Source of the DNA: Candidatus Moranbacteria bacterium GW2011_GWE2_36_40
Lineage (GTDB): Bacteria; Patescibacteriota; Minisyncoccia; Moranbacterales; GWC2-37-73
NCBI GenBank assembly: GCA_000991645.1
Contig: LBRX01000005.1
Span: 1-55,802, forward strand
Direction: 5' to 3'
Length of the DNA: 55,802 bases
Shown piece after piece: positions 10,895 to 19,878 of this stretch (position 1 is its first letter; every line of letters starts with the position of its first letter). The notes under the pieces are model-generated. The model had not been told where the DNA came from. It saw only the letters and a program-made list of their open reading frames with translations, and made no database searches. The translations under genes were made by a program, and so were the position numbers.

Positions 10895-10940
10895 ATATCA
10901 ATTTATTCGTATTGTACTGCGAATAAATTGATATGTCAAG
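10895..10940 (-). promoter_or_regulatory. Sigma70-like promoter overlapped by a perfect 15-bp inverted repeat (candidate operator)
   Basis: ATATCAATTTATTCG (10895-10909) and CGAATAAATTGATAT (10920-10934) flank a TACAAT -10 box; TTGACA on the minus strand at ~10934-10939. Confidence 0.65.
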
Positions 10941-11053
10941 CATTCGAAGGTACTTATTTTATCGTATTTTTATCCATTTCTAATGTATATTAATGATATA
11001 TTTTATACATTACTAATGTATACTATTTGCATAATTTTACCAACAACACATTT

Positions 11054-11095
11054 TTACATCACGCTTAGTCTGCTTGGTTCCGCTGAAGCTGTGAC
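11054..11095 (-). pseudogene. Orphan SVM-tail gene end (VTASAEPSRLSVM*)
   Basis: Matches the APSAPSGLSVM* and PPAAPSGLSVM* ends of ORFs 12672..13802 and 19879..21750. Confidence 0.75.
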
Positions 11096-11098
11096 TAA

Positions 11099-11225
11099 CG
11101 GAGTCCGACTCCGATTCGGAGTCGGACTCCGGGGATAGGGAAACGACCCGATTTCTTGGGCGGAAAGGGCGCGGAACGTACAGCAGTGAAACTGCTAACG
11201 TTCCGAGGTTGTAGATGCGGACTTC
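11099..11225. repeat. Palindrome B, truncated orphan LamG end and hairpin C
   Basis: Palindrome B at 11099-11131; EVRIYN[hairpin 11173-11204]RALSAQEIGS on the minus strand. Confidence 0.85.
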
Positions 11226-11360
11226 AGAACGTTGGCGGCCATTTTTTAATTCAGCTTATCCCATTAATCACACATGCTTTTATCAATTATCTTAATCTTC
11301 TGAATTCGAGCCGCCTATGTTCCGAGTCGATCTATCTAAATTCTTTTAAAATTGATTTAA

Positions 11361-12581
11361 TCAAACCATCCAAGCAGGATATACTTTCGCATTTTTCGTG
11401 TCACCATTAGTTTTCAAGCAAGCAAACGCAATATCAATTTGAGAATATGCTTTTTTGAAGCTTAAGACTGAATTTGAATTAGCATTTTTGAAAGTGGTTT
11501 TAACCTCCAGTGCCAGCATTTTTTGATTTTCCAATTGTAAGACAAAATCAATTTCATTTTTTTTCTTGTCTCGCCAAAAATTGAATTCATATCCGCCCTT
11601 GACCAATTGCATAAACATTGCATTTTCCAAGAGATGTCCCGCATCAATTCGGTCTTCCAATTTTCGAAAATCATTAATAATTATATTTCTAAGTCCACAG
11701 TCAAAAAAATATGTTTTCGGATTTTTCACAATCTCGGTCCGCTTGTTTTTATAATATGGCCTAACCAAACTGCAGATAAAAGTTTTTTCCAAAAAATTGA
11801 GGTATTTCTTTAGTGTCGGGTAGGAAAATTCCGAAATCTTCCCGAGTTCAGCATATTCAATCAAATCCCCTATTTGCAAAGCCAAAGCCTTGATCAATTT
11901 TTCTAATTTGTAATCATCAATGAGTCCCAAGATGTCACGCACTTCACGCAAAAAATATGTATTATAAATATTTTTCAAAACTTCTTTTTTTTCTTCTTCG
12001 TCTTTTGCCAAGACTACTCGAGGATAACCACCGAAAAGAGCATACTCCTGATAATAATGTTTTAGTTTTTCATTAACATCTTCGCCAACTTTTGAAATTC
12101 CCAATTGTTTGAAAACCAGATTTTCTTTTCCTAAAATACCGACGAGGGACTTATCCCTATAGTCCAAAAATTCTTCAAAATCAAAAGGCTGCAACTGGAA
12201 AATGAAAATCCTGCCGACCAAAAATTTGAGCGCATTGACTGTCATGTCAATGGCGGACGAGCCGGAAATGAAAATCTTGATTTTGTGCTCATCAAAAATA
12301 TATTTCAATTTTTTGCCGCCGTTTTTGGCATATTGAAATTCATCAATGAAAAGATATTTTTTATCCTTAACATACAATTCAATAAAATCATCAATGTTTT
12401 TGTTGAACATATTTAGCGCGGAACGATCTTCAAAATTGACCCTGGAAACATTTTCCAGCTTGTCTAAAATATTTCCAAGCATGGTGGATTTTCCACATTG
12501 GCGCGGGCCCACCACAGCAATGATTTCAGGAGAATCCAAATACTTTAGAATCTTACCCTCTAATTTTCGCTTAATATACAT
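11361..12581 (-). CDS. AAA_14/DUF4143 ATPase
   Basis: GPRQCGKS, LFIDEFQ, SGSSA, GGYPR, EIDFVL...LEVK. Confidence 0.9.
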   Translation of the reverse strand: MYIKRKLEGKILKYLDSPEIIAVVGPRQCGKSTMLGNILDKLENVSRVNFEDRSALNMFNKNIDDFIELYVKDKKYLFIDEFQYAKNGGKKLKYIFDEHKIKIFISGSSAIDMTVNALKFLVGRIFIFQLQPFDFEEFLDYRDKSLVGILGKENLVFKQLGISKVGEDVNEKLKHYYQEYALFGGYPRVVLAKDEEEKKEVLKNIYNTYFLREVRDILGLIDDYKLEKLIKALALQIGDLIEYAELGKISEFSYPTLKKYLNFLEKTFICSLVRPYYKNKRTEIVKNPKTYFFDCGLRNIIINDFRKLEDRIDAGHLLENAMFMQLVKGGYEFNFWRDKKKNEIDFVLQLENQKMLALEVKTTFKNANSNSVLSFKKAYSQIDIAFACLKTNGDTKNAKVYPAWMV

Positions 12582-12671
12582 GTTTTTTAAGTATTAATAC
12601 TATAATTTAACTATGTTTTAATTATAGTTCAACCAAAATTAAAGTCAAGTTCAACTTAGTTTCCCGCATTT

Positions 12672-13802
12672 TCACATCACGCTCAACCCGCTTGGTGCAC
12701 TGGGTGCAACAAGATCAACTGCACTACTGCCAAATATTATAGAATATCCATACACATTAAAATCACCAGCTGCATCAATCACATACAAATAAGCTGTAGA
12801 ATTATCCAGAAAAGTTCCTTGATTGACCTTGAACTCTATTTGCTCATTGCTCCAATTGTTCTGAGGAATTTGCACTTCACAATGAGATCTGCTTGCCCAC
12901 ACACTTCCTGAACAAATTTCCAGTCTTGCTTGGGTATTGTCCACATAAAGATCATCCAGCCATATTTCATGAATATCTCCATCGAGAGTATTGGTATGCA
13001 TCAGTCCAAGAATGATGCCAGCGTGTTTAAATGTTTCTCCTGCCAATCTTGTTATTGCGTTTAAATTTTTATGATTATAACTATTAGAGTAATCAACATT
13101 ACTATCATCATTGTCAATATTTTCCCATATTTGACCATCAGTAATCCCTGGAGTGGATAATTTTTTATACATATCAATACGATGCCAATTTTCATCTCTT
13201 ATTCCAAGAGGGTTATCGATTGGCTGATAATATGTAAAACCTCTCACATCTGGCGAGGACATGGTTCCAATAGGCGATGGCCCAGGATCATATAAAGGCG
13301 CATTATCACTAAAGCCTCCCATGCCTGGACCATTATATGCCTGACCAGTTCCAACTATTCTCGTGTTTTTCCATTGGCCGTAAATTGTATTTCCAGCCTT
13401 ATGATATTTTGTAACATAAGAAACATATGTTTCGTCTATTTCGACTGGAAAAAAATAGTTACTCGTGCTTTCTCCATCTGGAGATGTATAATTATATGTC
13501 TGATAGGCTGCCAAATTGCCAGAATAATGCTGCTTACTATTAAAAAGACCCCCGTTGCCCTTGTACGCCACCCAAGGTGAAACGGTCGGTAGGGCTGCGC
13601 CAGCAACACCATTTTCAAAATCAGACCAGAGCATTGGAGCAACTGGATATTTTACTCCAAAATCAATTCCAGTAACTATGACTATTGCTGAATTAACAAA
13701 AGTGCCATTTACAGAGTCAATATCTGGAGCAGCAAAAACATTTTTGCAAAAAACAAAATTGAGAACCAAAAACAATGATACTACTATGATTTGTTTTTTC
13801 AT
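12672..13802 (-). CDS. Secreted protein (possible polysaccharide-lyase/lectin-like jelly roll) ending in the APSAPSGLSVM tail
   Basis: Signal peptide MKKQ...NVFAA; WHRIDMY...DGQIWENID and WLDDLYVD motifs; conserved tail. Confidence 0.6.
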   Translation of the reverse strand: MKKQIIVVSLFLVLNFVFCKNVFAAPDIDSVNGTFVNSAIVIVTGIDFGVKYPVAPMLWSDFENGVAGAALPTVSPWVAYKGNGGLFNSKQHYSGNLAAYQTYNYTSPDGESTSNYFFPVEIDETYVSYVTKYHKAGNTIYGQWKNTRIVGTGQAYNGPGMGGFSDNAPLYDPGPSPIGTMSSPDVRGFTYYQPIDNPLGIRDENWHRIDMYKKLSTPGITDGQIWENIDNDDSNVDYSNSYNHKNLNAITRLAGETFKHAGIILGLMHTNTLDGDIHEIWLDDLYVDNTQARLEICSGSVWASRSHCEVQIPQNNWSNEQIEFKVNQGTFLDNSTAYLYVIDAAGDFNVYGYSIIFGSSAVDLVAPSAPSGLSVM

Positions 13803-13865
13803 TCTTATTTGATTAATTACAAAAAATTTTTAATTTATTTATTTTCTAATCGTTGTCGTGCCCGT

Positions 13866-14008
13866 TTTCCTAACTTCAATCTGTCCAAGATGATAAAGTT
13901 GAACGATTTCACTGGCGGAAAGGGCGCGGCTTCCGATGCGGACTTCATTAAAATTCACATCACAGCGAGATTGGTTGGTGCTGCGAGAGCTGCGCGGTCG
14001 GAAGAAGC
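13866..14008 (-). pseudogene. Orphan SVM tail (SSDRAALAAPTNLAVM*, 13955-14008) followed by orphan LamG end (NEVRIGSRALSASEIVQLYHLGQIEVRK, 13866-13949)
   Basis: Manual translation; directly follows the stop codon of the ATPase at 14008. Confidence 0.8.
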
Positions 14009-15348
14009 TAATCAATAAAATCGAAACTCCGATTCACCAGATAAAACGGCAATGAAATGAGTTTGCGTTTTTTGCCGGCAACCAAAACTGAGTCTTCTTG
14101 CAATTGTCCACCATAAATTCTGATAAGCTTGCTATTCTCCACACTATCAGCAAAACTTAGAAGTGACTTGAGTCGCGCTGAACTTCCCGATTTTACTTCA
14201 ATGCCTAGTATTTTCCCCTGATGAGCCAAACAAAAATCGACTTCCGCACTGCCATTTGTTTTTTCTTTCGCCCAATAGAAAAGATCCAGCTCGCTGTGCA
14301 ACCCACTAGCGATAATATTTTGCCCCACGATCTGTTCTGCAATTTTTCCTCGATATAAGTCGTTCAAATCATTTATTTTCAGATATTCGGATTGAATATT
14401 ATTCTTGAAATTGATAAAACCACTATCCAAAAACAGGAGTTTTTTGGCTCGTTTTTTTTGTCCAACCAATGGCAGATTGAGTGATTTTGTGGCATTAATT
14501 TGCTGTACAATCATGGTTTTTTCCAGCACATCAAAAGCCTCACTCATTTCCCTGCTTCTAAAATTTCCGTCTCCAAATTTTTCATAGGTAATCCGCTCGC
14601 CAGCCGAATATGGCGATTGCTCCAAAACATGTCGCAAATATTTCACTTGAGCTGATTTTGAATATTTATAAACGTCTTCACTATAGGCTGTCAGCAGCGA
14701 AGCATACGTAGTATTCAAATCTTGCTGGGATTTTTTTTCAGCGTACATCGAGACAATTTCCGGCATGCCTCCAACCATCGCGTACTCATAAAACAATTTT
14801 AGCGCGCGCTTGTGCAGCGCCTCGGGAATTTTTTCTTTCAGAGTAACCTTCTTCAAGAAATCCAAAAGTTTCTCTTCGCCAACAGCTCCCAAAAATTCAA
14901 AAAAAGTCAGCGGATAAACATAGACATATTCGACTCTGCCAACTGGCATGGACAATCCTTCTTTTTTTATTTTAACTTCCAACAGTGAGCCGGCTGCAAT
15001 TACATGTAGATCAGGTTTTTCTTCATAAAAAAATCTTAGCAACGAAACCAGATTCGGAGTATTTTGAATTTCATCAATAAAAACCAGTGTCCTACCCGGC
15101 ACAATTTTTTGCCCCAAGACAATGTCTACTATTTTTTCAAATTCTTCCACGGATTTAACCTCGCTAAACATTTCATAGTGCTCGGCTTTTTCCAAATTTA
15201 TATCCACGAAATTTTCAAAATGTTGCCCAGCAAAAGCCGTGACAGCATAAGTTTTGCCAACTTGCCTTGCACCACGCAAAACAAGGGGTTTTCTGCCACT
15301 TTTAAGCTTCCACTCAGCCAAATATTCCAAAATATCTCGATTAAACAT
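14008..15348 (-). CDS. AAA_14/DUF4143 ATPase
   Basis: GARQVGKT, VFIDEIQ, AAGSLL, GGMPE, AEVDF...IEVKSG. Confidence 0.9.
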   Translation of the reverse strand: MFNRDILEYLAEWKLKSGRKPLVLRGARQVGKTYAVTAFAGQHFENFVDINLEKAEHYEMFSEVKSVEEFEKIVDIVLGQKIVPGRTLVFIDEIQNTPNLVSLLRFFYEEKPDLHVIAAGSLLEVKIKKEGLSMPVGRVEYVYVYPLTFFEFLGAVGEEKLLDFLKKVTLKEKIPEALHKRALKLFYEYAMVGGMPEIVSMYAEKKSQQDLNTTYASLLTAYSEDVYKYSKSAQVKYLRHVLEQSPYSAGERITYEKFGDGNFRSREMSEAFDVLEKTMIVQQINATKSLNLPLVGQKKRAKKLLFLDSGFINFKNNIQSEYLKINDLNDLYRGKIAEQIVGQNIIASGLHSELDLFYWAKEKTNGSAEVDFCLAHQGKILGIEVKSGSSARLKSLLSFADSVENSKLIRIYGGQLQEDSVLVAGKKRKLISLPFYLVNRSFDFID

Positions 15349-15456
15349 AGTGCTAGTTTGTTACAAGTTATGTCATATTATAGTGCCAGTTTATAACATG
15401 ATATGTATATTGTCAAGTGTCCTCATCAGCGCAACCTCAGCGGTTTCCAATCACGT

Positions 15457-15488
15457 GAAATCATTTTAATCATGCCTGCCCCGTTAAA
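15457..15488. repeat. 32-bp direct repeat flanking the AbiE pair (second copy 16966-16997)
   Basis: GAAATCATTTTAATCATGCCTGCCCCGTTAAA at both positions. Confidence 0.85.
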
Positions 15489-15530
15489 GCGAAGCTTTTT
15501 TACGGGGTGATAATCAGTGGTTCTGACGCT

Positions 15531-15578
15531 CTACATCACACTCAGCCCGCTTGGTGCAGTAGGGGCTGTGGCGTCTGG
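15531..15578 (-). pseudogene. Orphan SVM tail (PDATAPTAPSGLSVM*)
   Basis: Very similar to the 3' ends at 12672 and 19879; begins ~22 nt after the AbiEii stop. Confidence 0.85.
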
Positions 15579-15600
15579 AAGTGCTCAATCAAAACTAAAT

Positions 15601-16293
15601 TCACTTTTGAGCGATCAAAAAATCCAACAGTCCCAGCAATTCATTTTTCAATTCATTCTTGACCCATTGTTTTCTTTTTTCATCCAACAATTCTCCCAAG
15701 CCCTCCAAAATGCCATTTTTCAATTCCTTTTTCTCAAGGAAGTTTTTCAAAAAAATCAAAAATTCTTTTTCGTTTTTGCCAGTTCTCTCAAAAATTATCT
15801 TATCGTTAAATGTCACGTTTTTTTTGAGAAAGAAAAAAATATCATAAAAATCTCGATTTGCTGTCCGCTTTCTTTCCGTCGAGGCAACAAATTTGTGAGC
15901 GAAGGCATCTTCCAATTTCAAAACCTTAACATCGGTGCCATAAAAATTCTTGATTTCATATGAATTTTGAGGCCAAATCTTTTTTGAAATTTCAATCTTG
16001 ACTCCATGTTCACCCTCGCCATAGCTAAGCAGAAAGAAAATATTATTATATTTGTCCATTTCGTCCTTGATCGTGCCATAATCCAAAAGAATTTGCCTGA
16101 CAACCTCAGAAACGAATTCATTCTTGCTCTCATCAAGCAAATCAAAATCCAGATCGACAGAAAAACGGTCGAGTTGATGAAAGAAATAAAACATCGTTCC
16201 GCCCTTAAAACCAAGATATGCGCCAGCTGGAGATTTGTAAATATCGGTCAGCAAATTGAAAAGGATTTGCCTGTGTCTTTGAACATTCAACAT
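15601..16293 (-). CDS. AbiEii-family nucleotidyltransferase toxin (type IV toxin-antitoxin)
   Basis: FKGGT...DRFSVDLDF and K...RDFYD motifs; downstream of an AbiEi-like gene. Confidence 0.85.
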   Translation of the reverse strand: MLNVQRHRQILFNLLTDIYKSPAGAYLGFKGGTMFYFFHQLDRFSVDLDFDLLDESKNEFVSEVVRQILLDYGTIKDEMDKYNNIFFLLSYGEGEHGVKIEISKKIWPQNSYEIKNFYGTDVKVLKLEDAFAHKFVASTERKRTANRDFYDIFFFLKKNVTFNDKIIFERTGKNEKEFLIFLKNFLEKKELKNGILEGLGELLDEKRKQWVKNELKNELLGLLDFLIAQK

Positions 16294-16295
16294 AA

Positions 16296-16865
16296 TTATT
16301 TGTTTTTAACTTCACTAATTAAGGCGGCAATTTCTTTTTGCACCCGCAAATTATATATTTTCGATATCACTGAAAGTTTTTCAAGATTTATACCTCGTAA
16401 ATTATCAAAATAATAGTCAGCTGAAAAATAGACACGGTCGCACAGAGCGCGCTCAACCGTCGCGATTCTTGCTTGCCCCAAGTCCGCGATGCCCAGCGGA
16501 TTCATAAGCAGCTTGTCGTCCAATTTCAAATAGCAAAAAGTGTCGCTGCCGATTTTTCTTGAAAAAGAATTGTTAGAAACCGAAAACACAGTGTTATTGT
16601 AATCCTGGAAAATTACCCCATCTTTTTGCAGCACCGTTTCCAAACTGACATATGACGGGGTTTTCAATTTATTAGCAAGTTCATATTTATTGATTTTTTC
16701 GCTGATAGAATACAATCCCCTGCTTATCCTAAAAATTTCCCCGCGTGCAAAGAGCCTGCTTGCCACAAGTTTGAGATAATCTTTATTTTCAATGCACCAG
16801 ATTTTTCCCAAATCCTCAAGGGAAAAAATGGTCTTATTACTGGCGATTAGTTGTTTTAAATACAT
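16296..16865 (-). CDS. AbiEi-family antitoxin / transcriptional regulator
   Basis: RISRGLY, PSYVSLETVL and IATVERALCD motifs; 2-nt gap to the toxin gene. Confidence 0.85.
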   Translation of the reverse strand: MYLKQLIASNKTIFSLEDLGKIWCIENKDYLKLVASRLFARGEIFRISRGLYSISEKINKYELANKLKTPSYVSLETVLQKDGVIFQDYNNTVFSVSNNSFSRKIGSDTFCYLKLDDKLLMNPLGIADLGQARIATVERALCDRVYFSADYYFDNLRGINLEKLSVISKIYNLRVQKEIAALISEVKNK

Positions 16866-17081
16866 ATGTCATCTAAAGGTTATCATATTTGATTACTTAC
16901 TAATGATATTGTAGCATATTAGCGATATGCCGTCAAGCTTAGCTCCTTTTGGAATTTTTATCCAGGAAATCATTTTAATCATGCCTGCCCCGTTAAAAGC
17001 AAAACTTTCTTATGGAGTGCAAATCTGTAGTTCGCATTTTACTTTACAAACTTTATGAACTTTCCAACTTTATGAACTCAT

Positions 17082-17309
17082 TTACATCACACTCAACCCG
17101 ATTGGTTCCGCTGAAGCTGTGACTGACGGAGTCCGACTCCGATTCGGAGTCGGACTCCGGGGATGCCTGGGGATGTTTCGTGTAGCTATTTCCGCACTTC
17201 AATCTTGCCGGTGTTGTAGAGATTGGAAATTTCCCGGGCGGAAAGGGCTTGGAACGTACAGCAGTGAAACTGCTAACGTTCCGCGGTTGTAGATGCGAAC
17301 TTCGTCGAT
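17082..17309 (-). repeat. Composite junction: orphan LamG end (17186-17309) with hairpin C, palindrome B (17127-17159), orphan SVM tail (17082-17123)
   Basis: IDEVRIYNR[ins]ALSAREISNLYNTGKIEVRK* and VTASAEPIGLSVM*. Confidence 0.9.
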
Positions 17310-17313
17310 ATTA

Positions 17314-18471
17314 TCAATGCTTAAGATTAAGCCCAAGCAAAAAGTCTTCACATGGAACAATTTGCACGCCACGCCTCAGCAGTTTTTCTTTTCCACGATA
17401 CAAAACATACGTTTTACATTCAGGATAATCTTCTTTGAATGTCCGCAAGGATCGCAAATCGCTTTCACTTATTTTGGCAGCATTTTTCACTTCGATAGCC
17501 CAAAAAACATTTGGACCGTAAACCACAAAATCAACTTCACTTCCGGAGCGCGTGCGCCAAAAATAGATTTTATTTTTTTCTCCAGTGTATGAATTCCACG
17601 CAGTTAAATGTTGCAAAACCAAGCCTTCCAAGGCCGCTCCAGATATTTCCTCAGACTTGTCCAGCGGACCAGAAGGGCGAAGAGAGCGAAAGACGCCAGC
17701 ATCAAAAAAATAAAATTTATTGTGCGAGATAAGTTCCCTCTTTGCACGCTTGGAAAAAACAGGCAAACGACATGAAAGCAAAAGATCTTCCAAGATGCTT
17801 ACATAATTTTCAACAACTTTTCTTTCCACTTGGCAATCACGGGCAACATTACTGATGTTCAAAACTGAAGCGTGCGAAAAACTGATTGCCTCCAAAAAAC
17901 GCGAGAAATTCCCGATGTTGCGCACAAGTCCTTCCGCTTGCACTTCTTCAGTGACATACAGCGAAGCATATGCTTTCAATACACTATCTTTGTCATTCGA
18001 TTTAAAAACCAAGGGAAGCAGTCCATTTTCCAAAGCCTCGGCAAGCTTGAATTTGTCTTTCAATTCTGCCGCCATAAATGGATGCAAATCGCGCTTCACT
18101 GCCCGGCCAGCCAAAAGATCGACTCCTGTCCTTTTCAACTTACGCGAACTTGAACCAGTCAGGATAAACCTAAGGCCAAGTTTTTTTTCAATCAGGGCAT
18201 GCACGACATCAAGCAGTTCGGGAATTTTTTGCACTTCGTCTATGACCACGTCCTTTTTTTCAGGATTTCCTAAAACCAGTTCTTCCAAGCGCTCAGGCCG
18301 GGCGCTATAAAGACGAAAAGTCTCAGGATCAAGCAAGTCCAACCAAAGAGCATTTTCAAAATGCGCTTTGAGCCAAGTTGATTTCCCTGTTCCGCGCGGA
18401 CCAAAGAGAAAAAAACTTTGCTTTGGGGGCGTAAAAAATCTTGGAATTATCAATTTCATATTGAGTCTCAT
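17314..18471 (-). CDS. AAA_14/DUF4143 ATPase
   Basis: GPRGTGKS, VIDEVQK, TGSSSRKL, EVDFV...IEVK. Confidence 0.9.
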   Translation of the reverse strand: MRLNMKLIIPRFFTPPKQSFFLFGPRGTGKSTWLKAHFENALWLDLLDPETFRLYSARPERLEELVLGNPEKKDVVIDEVQKIPELLDVVHALIEKKLGLRFILTGSSSRKLKRTGVDLLAGRAVKRDLHPFMAAELKDKFKLAEALENGLLPLVFKSNDKDSVLKAYASLYVTEEVQAEGLVRNIGNFSRFLEAISFSHASVLNISNVARDCQVERKVVENYVSILEDLLLSCRLPVFSKRAKRELISHNKFYFFDAGVFRSLRPSGPLDKSEEISGAALEGLVLQHLTAWNSYTGEKNKIYFWRTRSGSEVDFVVYGPNVFWAIEVKNAAKISESDLRSLRTFKEDYPECKTYVLYRGKEKLLRRGVQIVPCEDFLLGLNLKH

Positions 18472-18525
18472 TATGGAATTAGTAACTCCATAATACAGCT
18501 TACGTATTTTTCTGTCAACTTTTTT

Positions 18526-18730
18526 TCACATCACGACGAGATTAGTTAGTGCAGGCATTGCAGAGACGCAAAAATTTGAATGTTTTGTCAGGCACAGGTA
18601 GAGACGCATTGCAATGCGTCTCTACAGCGGGTTTGGTTTATTTCCGAATCTGTGCTGTCCCTGTTTTGTACAACGACCCGATTTCTTGGGCGGAAAGGGC
18701 GCGGTTGTAGATGCGGACTTCGTCTATTTT
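18526..18730 (-). repeat. Composite junction: uninterrupted orphan LamG end (18638-18730), GTAG-REP (18598-18625), degenerate SVM tail (18526-18561)
   Basis: KIDEVRIYNRALSAQEIGSLYKTGTAQIRK*; GTAGAGACGCATTGCAATGCGTCTCTAC; AMPALTNLVVM*. Confidence 0.9.
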
Positions 18731-18745
18731 TACAACTATGCAGAT

Positions 18746-19744
18746 CTACTTCAACAATTGAGTTATAAGCGCAATCATTTGATCTTTCTCTTTTGGAGCA
18801 CTTTGTGCGATCAAAAGCGCCAAAGCTGCCAAGGCATTGTCATTGATTTTCCGCTCGCCATTTTTTCGAAAAAGATACTTATTTGCATCCAAAAAATATA
18901 CAAACAAAAATGCTGCGGCTCTTTTGTTGCCGTCAGAAAATGGATGATCCTTGATTATCAAATACAAAAGATGCGCCGCTTTTGATTCCAAATTTGCATA
19001 CAACTGCTTGCCGCCAAATGTTTGATACAAATTTTTTATAATACCCTCAAATGCTCCGCCTCGCTCATTGCCAAAAAAATCCCCCGCTTCATTTTTTGCC
19101 ATCAATTCCCTTCTAAGTTCGGAAACTATTTTTTGACATTTTTCATATGTCAAAACAAAAGTCGCCTTTCCATCTCTCAACTCTTTCAAGCTGCTTTTGT
19201 CATATTGCTCCAAAATCGTGAGCGTCTTAGCATAATCCGCCAACAGATCAATAATTTCTCTCTCTTGCCCTTTTAATAATTTTGTCCTGGATTTTTGCTG
19301 CAGAAAAACAATGGTCTCTTGAAGCTTATTAAGCTTTTCTTTTTCTTCGAAAAGCCGTTTTTCATTGATCGTGTAACCCTGAATCAAATGCTGCTTCAAT
19401 GTTTTTGTTGCCCAAATGCGGAATCCGACACCTTGTTGAGATTTCACTCGATAACCCACGGAGATTATGACATCCAAATTATAATACTCGACTTTATAAA
19501 TTTTTCCGTCAGCGGCAGTTGTTGCAAAATTTGCAACAACTGCTTTTTTGTCTAATTCTTTTTCGCCAAAGACATTTTTAATATGGCGAGAAATTACAGA
19601 TTTGTCTCTCCCAAAAAGATTCGCGATCTGATCAAGACTTAGCCAAACAGTCTCTTTTTTCAAATGCACTTCCAACTTCGGTCCGGAAGCAGATTTATAG
19701 ATGATGATTTCTCCGGTGCTTAAGTATTTTTTGTCTTGTTTCAT
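18746..19744 (-). CDS. RhuM-domain / Fic-Doc family protein
   Basis: RhuM motifs ETVWLSLDQIANLF and YNLDVIISVGYRVKS; Fic/Doc HPFSDGNKR; start re-assigned to MKQDK. Confidence 0.9.
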   Translation of the reverse strand: MKQDKKYLSTGEIIIYKSASGPKLEVHLKKETVWLSLDQIANLFGRDKSVISRHIKNVFGEKELDKKAVVANFATTAADGKIYKVEYYNLDVIISVGYRVKSQQGVGFRIWATKTLKQHLIQGYTINEKRLFEEKEKLNKLQETIVFLQQKSRTKLLKGQEREIIDLLADYAKTLTILEQYDKSSLKELRDGKATFVLTYEKCQKIVSELRRELMAKNEAGDFFGNERGGAFEGIIKNLYQTFGGKQLYANLESKAAHLLYLIIKDHPFSDGNKRAAAFLFVYFLDANKYLFRKNGERKINDNALAALALLIAQSAPKEKDQMIALITQLLK

Positions 19745-19878
19745 TTTATTCTTGCCCCGTGAAATTGCATAGCAACATTTCACTGGGGTATTTTATTAAT
19801 TACAGTGATATAATATCATTGTAATGAAAAGTTGTCCAATTCTTCGGAGTTCTTCTCCGATTTCCTGCCTCTTTTTGC

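Noticed and set aside
9384..18730. Recurrent repeats as a CRISPR array or integron attC sites
   Set aside because: Spacing is kilobases and irregular; there are no cas genes or IntI, and I saw no attC-type box structure; the repeats are gene ends and palindromes
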